A stretch of 32,000 nucleotides of DNA, taken from NCBI GenBank assembly GCA_001430755.1, contig CP013062.1, positions 810,001 to 842,000 of the forward strand. The letters run 5' to 3'. Origin of the DNA: Candidatus Peribacter riflensis. GTDB lineage: Bacteria > Patescibacteriota > Gracilibacteria > Peribacterales > Peribacteraceae. The translations under genes and the position numbers were made by a program. Shown here piece after piece: positions 26,688 to 32,000 of this stretch. The notes beneath the pieces were generated by a model. That model was not told the origin of the DNA and searched no databases. It was given only the letters and a program-made list of their open reading frames with translations. Within the stretch, counting starts at the first letter, position 1; each line of letters begins with the position of its first letter.

Positions 26688-27530
26688 AACCGCCGCCACA
26701 TCACAAATCCCCCTGTACGGACACCGCTTGCAGACTAGCGCACTCGGGGTGGGCCGAAAGTCCTTCGCCTCCATGCGCTCGCGGATGAGCTTGATCTGCG
26801 TGCGCGCGTCTTTGAGCTGCGAGGGGGACCGCGCGGTCGTCCGCTCCGTCACGCCCTCCTCCGAAAGGAAGAGGAGAACGAGCTCGGAACAGGGCTTGTC
26901 GAAAAGGTGCCCAGCGGCGAGTGCGTACAGCGAAAGCTGCAGATCGGCGTCGGCCTCGGCCTGTGTGCAGGGCGCGGTGGTCTTGAAATCCACGATGGAA
27001 ACTCCCTGCTCCGTCTGCTCGATGCGGTCGAGCCTCCCCGTCACGTGCATGCCGTCAATCTCGACTGCAAACCCCTTCTCCACTGCAACGACCTTGCGCG
27101 GAACCTGGGACCACCATCCATGGAATTGCCGCATAATTTCCTCGCCCCGCTTGCGGGCGAAATCCGCCTCGAGGCGCGTCTTGTACGTATCGAAGACGAA
27201 ACATTCGTGCCAGATCTCCAGCAGTTTCTGCTCCGTTACATCCGCGTGCACGGACGCTTTCTCTTCGCGAAAGAGAATGAGCTGATCCTCCCGCACCCCT
27301 TGTCCTTGTCCTTTTCCCTTAGTCCTTAGTCCTTTGTCCTTCGTCTCCAGTCCTCCACCGAACAACTTCATCTCCTCTTCGCCCCATTGCTTCAACGCAT
27401 TATGCACGCTGCCGCCGAAACTCTCTCCTTCCGAAACGCCCCACGGAATTTTTTTGACGTGCGAAAATTCAAACTGACGGGGGCAGGTACGATAGCGTCG
27501 AAGCTGGGAGTAAGAGAGGGACACGGACAA
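26685..27530 (-). CDS. PD-(D/E)XK nuclease, Cas4/RecB-like with 4-Cys cluster
   Basis: N-terminal CPRQF plus C-terminal CKRCPYRGIC gives the C...CxxCxxxxxC pattern of Cas4/AddB 4Fe-4S nucleases. The catalytic core is GRLDRIE...SIVDFKT, followed by QLSLYALA (QxxxY). Confidence 0.8.
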   Translation of the reverse strand: MSVSLSYSQLRRYRTCPRQFEFSHVKKIPWGVSEGESFGGSVHNALKQWGEEEMKLFGGGLETKDKGLRTKGKGQGQGVREDQLILFREEKASVHADVTEQKLLEIWHECFVFDTYKTRLEADFARKRGEEIMRQFHGWWSQVPRKVVAVEKGFAVEIDGMHVTGRLDRIEQTEQGVSIVDFKTTAPCTQAEADADLQLSLYALAAGHLFDKPCSELVLLFLSEEGVTERTTARSPSQLKDARTQIKLIRERMEAKDFRPTPSALVCKRCPYRGICDVAAV

Positions 27531-27566
27531 AGTGTACCCCGCCTACGGCTGCGGAGACGATGTGTC

Positions 27567-30500
27567 TCACCACTGATGCTTCATGTTCGCGAGAATGCGC
27601 CGGTAGGGGCTGGAGAATACCCCGCCCGTGACGACACCTTCTGTCATTAAATTATTGAGGAGTGTGTTGAGGAATATTGATTTATTCTCCGCATCGCGAT
27701 AGGAAGGCCATAGTTCCTGATGAAGATGGCTCAGATACTCTCTTCCAGTCCATCCGTTGCCTCCGCGGTACTGCGCCATGCGTAGAATTCGACCAAGCTC
27801 TTCGTGACGGACACTCTCGACAAATGCGGGATCCCGGGCGCGCGGGTGGCCGGCAAGATTCATAGGCGTCACAAGAACGTCACGGGTGAGTTGCTGGTCC
27901 TCACGGGTGAAATCGGAAGAAGGTTCCGCCCGCAACGTATCCAGGGTGACGGTAAAATTTTGGCTCTTGCCACCCTGCAGCACCTGGAAACGGAAAGGTG
28001 TCGGTTCAATTTCCGGCGCAGATGAAGACATTGCACTGGCTGTCTGGATATCGCTGATTTCAACGTCGGCATCGCCGAAGCGGCCGCGGAACAAGCCGGG
28101 GGCACGTCTCATCTGATGATGCTGGTCATCGACCTGATACTCGCCGGGAACGTATCCGACCATGCCAGTGTGAATCTGAGCGAGCGCGGCTGTGCGCAAC
28201 TGCGTCTGCGCGGCAATGGTCTCTGCACGCTTGGGGGCTTCTTTCTGCCACGTATCGCTGGCAGTCTGCTGCGCCTGCTCCGCCTGTTGCGCACGCTGTC
28301 GCTTCTCCTCCTCTGCCTTTTGCCTCCGTTCCATCAGAGCTTTTTTGGCCTCCTGCAGCAGTGTTTCCGCTCCCGGACGGGCGAGGAATTCCTGCAGTGT
28401 AAGCGGCCGGTCCAAGCCATCGATCAGCCCGACATCGGGCATGCTCGACAGACGGAATGTGCCCGCACCGCGCTGCAGCACGCTCACCTTGCCGGAATCG
28501 AGATCGCCGAAGATGTAGGTGGCGAGGACACCGGTATGATTGCCCCCGAGGTCCTGTCTCTCCAGAAGCACTGCCTGCAGACGATTGGTCTCGAAGCCCG
28601 ATGCCCCGGCCTTCGGATACTTGATGAGCCGGGCAAGCCGACGATCCGGGTGGCCAGCGCCGCGGGTAAACACAACCGGTCCATTCGCGCCGTAGAGTTC
28701 GTCGTACGAAGGAGAGCGACGCAGAGCCGCTCCTGAAGCGGTCTTGGCGGAAAGCCGATCGAGCCCTTCGGTGATGGAGGTGCGTGCCGCGTCATAGCTG
28801 GCGGCATCGCGCGAGCGGCCCACCAGATCGAGGATGCTCGTGTTCTGATGCACCGGCGGCTCGCCGAGCTTTTCGGCGATCATGTTGGCCGCATGGAAGG
28901 GGGCGGCATAGAAGAGAGCATCCAGCTGATCGACAGCCGATGCCTGGTGTGTGAGGCGCGAGAGCGACCAGTCGTTCCAGCGCCTGCGCTTATCCGCCTC
29001 TTCTTCGCCAAGTGTCTGTGCGGTGAGTTGCTTCAGTTTGAGCTGCATTGCAGGATCATCCACAAGACCAAACAGCTGGTCCCGGTTACCGAAATCAATG
29101 GCAGCCGAAAGCCCGGAAACCGAGGATGGTGAAACGACGAACAGCCGCTCGTTCTGACGCACTTTCTCTGCACGCGTACCGCCACTTGTTTGATTGAGCT
29201 GTCCAAGCAGCGCCTGCAAGGAAAGCTCAGCGCGTGTTTTGCCGTTATTCTGCGCGAGGAGCTCCGGCGGAATCTCATTCAGCCGCCGCCCGAAGACCTG
29301 TACGCCACCCATTGCGTTCACCAGCCGTACCAAGCCCGCATGACGTTCGTCTGTTTCGGCAATCGTCCCGAGGAAGGAGCGATATTCCAGATACCGTTTC
29401 TCGCGGACATGCTGGAGATAGCATACGGATGCACGCCGCATCGCTTCGCGGATATCCATGAGTGTTACATTCGTCGCCGTAAGTCCCAACGCGTTGACGC
29501 CGATATCACCGCTCTGTGCAGCCTGCAGTGGAATATCCTCCGCACGTGCCGCAGCGAAAAGTTGCGCAGAGAACATCGGCAGAACGAACTGCGCGAAATC
29601 TTCGCGATAGAACCGATCGAGAACATCGGGCGACCACATGCCGCCGACAGATTCGGCGAACACCTCGGGGGCATTCTGCATGAGTTCGCGGACAAAAATG
29701 CTGTAGAGCATCCGCTTGCGGATTTCGGGCTTGTCCTTTGATCCATCTGCTGCAGAGTCCTTCGAAGACGGGAAAAAATCCGAGAGCATCCAGCTCGAAC
29801 CACGTTCGAGCCAGTCATACTCCCCCTCCCCCGTCGCAGCCTGAGATCCGAGAATGCAGAGAAGCCAGGGAGGGGCATCTGCAAGGAACTCACGCATCTT
29901 TGACTGTTCCCACGCGTTGATGCCCGTGCGAATGGCAACCTCCACGCCGACGACCACAAGGCCTGCCGGACCCGTGAACGCTTTCGCACCCATGAGGATG
30001 GTGGCTGCAAGCCCGGCTGCCGTATTGGCTGTGCGGAGCTTCTGCGCCATCTCCCGATCGTCAAAAACACGTCCGACATTGGAATCGATCACTTTATTCA
30101 CGCCCTGCAGGCTGACCTCCACTCCGGTAACTTTGTGCTGGTACCTGCCATAAGCCAATCGCGTGAAGTGCGGGTTACGGTCCAGATCCTGGTGTAACTG
30201 GTCGATCACTCCGCGCACATGCTTGTCCGCTGCATCGCGCTGCTTCTCGATCTCACCGATCTCCTGATAGTCAGCATAGAGTGCCAGGCCCTGCAGGCCG
30301 ACTCCCCCCACGTACGCCGCACGGGCGAACGGCGATGCTGATCGCCAGCTATTCATCCAGTGCGCATGCAACCGCCGGGCAGGATAGGTGGCTCCGGTGA
30401 GGAGCGTATTGCCGGCTGCCGCCGTCCGATCGACGAGCCCGACGTTCATCAGCGGCCGTGCACCGAGGCGGACGGCTTTCCGCAACGACGATTCTGTCGC

Positions 30501-32000
30501 CACCCGGCTCGCCCTGCTGATGAGTTCATCGAGCTGCACAATCGCCGGGTCCCCGACGGGAAGCTTCGCCTTTTCGGCCTGTAGGAAATCGACGAGCTGC
30601 TCCCATGCCCTCCTGGAATCAAGCGGGCGCATGGTCCGCACGAACTGGTCGCAGAGACGGTTCCCCATTTCAGCCGTCGCAGGCTGTTCCACGAGACCGT
30701 TAATGATTTCGTCCATCTTCTTGATGACTGCATTGGCATCGCGCACGGCAGATGGGCTTGCGCGCCAGGGATGCAGAATCGTGTTATCGAGTGTCCGCAT
30801 GAAAATATTCCTCGCCTGTGTTCTCCCCGAGGCATCTCCAAGACGGCGGAGCACACGATATGGACGTGTGGAGAGGTGGGAGTACATCTTGGCGGCATAG
30901 GCAGCGACCCCGGTGAGGGGATAGGCGATCCAGGGATGTTCCCCGTAGATCGTATGCAGAACACCGGCAGTTTCGCGCGCTGTGGCAGCGGCGGCTCCGA
31001 GAGCGGCCTTCGCACCTGCAACAGTGAGGAAACTGATGGCCCGCTTGGCCTTGTCGAACACCTCCGGCGGCACGTCGACGAAACTCTTCTGCCACTCATC
31101 GGCACCCTCGGCAAGGGCCAATCTGCCGATGCGGTCGAGCATCGTCGTATCGCGGTAGCCATCCACGCTCGTGTCGTTCTTTCCGACATAGCGGAAAATT
31201 TCCACCTGAATCAGCAAAAGCCCGGTGGGATTCCCCTTTTGCACCATGCGCTGGTAGAGGAACAGGCGAACAGCCTGCGCCAGCGACATGCGATCGAGCA
31301 GTATTTCGGATACATGCTGGCGGTTTTCCGCCTCGCTGCCGCTCCAATCCCGATCGGGGAATAGCTTATGGAAGAACGGGAGGATGAAGGAAGGTGTTTC
31401 GCCCTCAATGGTATTGCAGACATCCGCCAGAAGCTCGCGCACGGGATCGCCTTCCTGGCCGGCCTGAGTGGACTTCTCCTGCGCCATCTTCTCCAAAAAT
31501 CCGTGCACCGACGTTTCACCCTCGCGCACAGCCACTTCGACCACGTGCATCGGATCAATATCCTTGAATCGCTCAGTGAGGACACCGGGCTTCTTGCGGT
31601 AGGCATCGATTTGCGAAGTGAGCTCGTGGCGGACGGCACCGCTGCGAATGAAGAGCGCTTCCGGCTTGAGCGCGTCTTTCAGATTTTCCACTCCAGTGAC
31701 CGCCACGGTCTCCACCACCATCGCCAGAGATTCCGCGCCGCGCGCAAAGGCATCGACGTACTCATCCACGGTCAGCTCGCCGATTTGCTCTTCAGTGAGG
31801 TCGGGGCGCAACCGGTGCAATTCTTCCCGCGCTTTCCAGCACACTTCGATCACATAGAACGCGGCCGCCTCGCGCCGGTCGAAATCTTCATTGAGAACCC
31901 GAACGCGATTGCGATCAATGGCAATGTCCCGCACGCCCTGCGTGCTCTCGTCGACGTGTACGCATTCGAAGAAATCTTTCACTTTGCGCTGCTTGTTGTG
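27567..32000 (-). CDS. giant hypothetical protein, at least 1471 aa, N-terminus beyond the window
   Basis: A single uninterrupted minus-strand ORF. The frame stays open from the GTG at 31982 to the window edge. No catalytic motif recognised. Hydrophobic segments cluster around aa 315-716, and a charged coiled-coil-like stretch spans about aa 1205-1265. Confidence 0.7.
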   Translation of the reverse strand, partial: HNKQRKVKDFFECVHVDESTQGVRDIAIDRNRVRVLNEDFDRREAAAFYVIEVCWKAREELHRLRPDLTEEQIGELTVDEYVDAFARGAESLAMVVETVAVTGVENLKDALKPEALFIRSGAVRHELTSQIDAYRKKPGVLTERFKDIDPMHVVEVAVREGETSVHGFLEKMAQEKSTQAGQEGDPVRELLADVCNTIEGETPSFILPFFHKLFPDRDWSGSEAENRQHVSEILLDRMSLAQAVRLFLYQRMVQKGNPTGLLLIQVEIFRYVGKNDTSVDGYRDTTMLDRIGRLALAEGADEWQKSFVDVPPEVFDKAKRAISFLTVAGAKAALGAAAATARETAGVLHTIYGEHPWIAYPLTGVAAYAAKMYSHLSTRPYRVLRRLGDASGRTQARNIFMRTLDNTILHPWRASPSAVRDANAVIKKMDEIINGLVEQPATAEMGNRLCDQFVRTMRPLDSRRAWEQLVDFLQAEKAKLPVGDPAIVQLDELISRASRVATESSLRKAVRLGARPLMNVGLVDRTAAAGNTLLTGATYPARRLHAHWMNSWRSASPFARAAYVGGVGLQGLALYADYQEIGEIEKQRDAADKHVRGVIDQLHQDLDRNPHFTRLAYGRYQHKVTGVEVSLQGVNKVIDSNVGRVFDDREMAQKLRTANTAAGLAATILMGAKAFTGPAGLVVVGVEVAIRTGINAWEQSKMREFLADAPPWLLCILGSQAATGEGEYDWLERGSSWMLSDFFPSSKDSAADGSKDKPEIRKRMLYSIFVRELMQNAPEVFAESVGGMWSPDVLDRFYREDFAQFVLPMFSAQLFAAARAEDIPLQAAQSGDIGVNALGLTATNVTLMDIREAMRRASVCYLQHVREKRYLEYRSFLGTIAETDERHAGLVRLVNAMGGVQVFGRRLNEIPPELLAQNNGKTRAELSLQALLGQLNQTSGGTRAEKVRQNERLFVVSPSSVSGLSAAIDFGNRDQLFGLVDDPAMQLKLKQLTAQTLGEEEADKRRRWNDWSLSRLTHQASAVDQLDALFYAAPFHAANMIAEKLGEPPVHQNTSILDLVGRSRDAASYDAARTSITEGLDRLSAKTASGAALRRSPSYDELYGANGPVVFTRGAGHPDRRLARLIKYPKAGASGFETNRLQAVLLERQDLGGNHTGVLATYIFGDLDSGKVSVLQRGAGTFRLSSMPDVGLIDGLDRPLTLQEFLARPGAETLLQEAKKALMERRQKAEEEKRQRAQQAEQAQQTASDTWQKEAPKRAETIAAQTQLRTAALAQIHTGMVGYVPGEYQVDDQHHQMRRAPGLFRGRFGDADVEISDIQTASAMSSSAPEIEPTPFRFQVLQGGKSQNFTVTLDTLRAEPSSDFTREDQQLTRDVLVTPMNLAGHPRARDPAFVESVRHEELGRILRMAQYRGGNGWTGREYLSHLHQELWPSYRDAENKSIFLNTLLNNLMTEGVVTGGVFSSPYRRILANMKHQW

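Noticed and set aside
26572-26688. N-terminal extension of the DUF212/PAP2 gene (MIHERHTFSLRQGYGRQAGFSLH...).
   Set aside because: This stretch is the dispersed palindromic repeat read as protein. The same element occurs between comEC and the purD-like gene. The ATG at 26571 gives a normal family N-terminus.

Overview
GC-rich bacterial chromosomal window, densely packed with housekeeping genes on both strands. I found no CRISPR array, transposase or integrase. Recognisable genes: pcrA/uvrD-type helicase, an SLH-anchored secreted protein, proB, a class-I DAHP synthase, rsmA, comEC, a PurD-like ATP-grasp enzyme, a TMTC-like membrane/TPR protein, an rlmI-like methyltransferase, a GIY-YIG nuclease, an HxlR regulator, tRNA-Glu(UUC), a pyrK-pyrD-yhhQ-pyrG block, a LOG/PpnN-like protein, YtxH, an INS-less proS, a DUF212/PAP2-like protein, a Cas4-like PD-(D/E)XK nuclease, and an ORFan of at least 1471 aa that runs off the window edge. 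The gene content and GC-rich palindromic repeats fit an uncultivated, possibly CPR/Peregrinibacteria-like lineage, but that is inference only. Main observations: (1) On the minus strand from 7451 down to 5150 there are three consecutive units of sigma70-like promoter, near-leaderless mini-ORF and hairpin or terminator. Two mini-ORFs are Phe- or Phe/Tyr-rich and precede the DAHP synthase genes. The third contains a Pro-Pro pair and precedes proB. All three share a GCGGGGNAGGNG core complementary to a TTCCCC motif in or beside the downstream hairpin or terminator, which suggests a modular leader-peptide attenuator family. (2) A near-consensus CIRCE (HrcA operator) overlaps a good promoter that drives only an 18-codon Gly/Cys-rich mini-ORF followed by an intrinsic terminator, with no chaperone gene nearby. 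(3) The giant ORFan has a hydrophobic core and a coiled-coil region and sits beside the Cas4-like nuclease. (4) -10 hexamers recur 6-11 nt upstream of start codons with no Shine-Dalgarno, suggesting leaderless mRNAs. (5) A dispersed palindromic repeat abuts stop codons at two loci, and decayed copies of the tRNA-Glu 3' half lie next to the intact gene.
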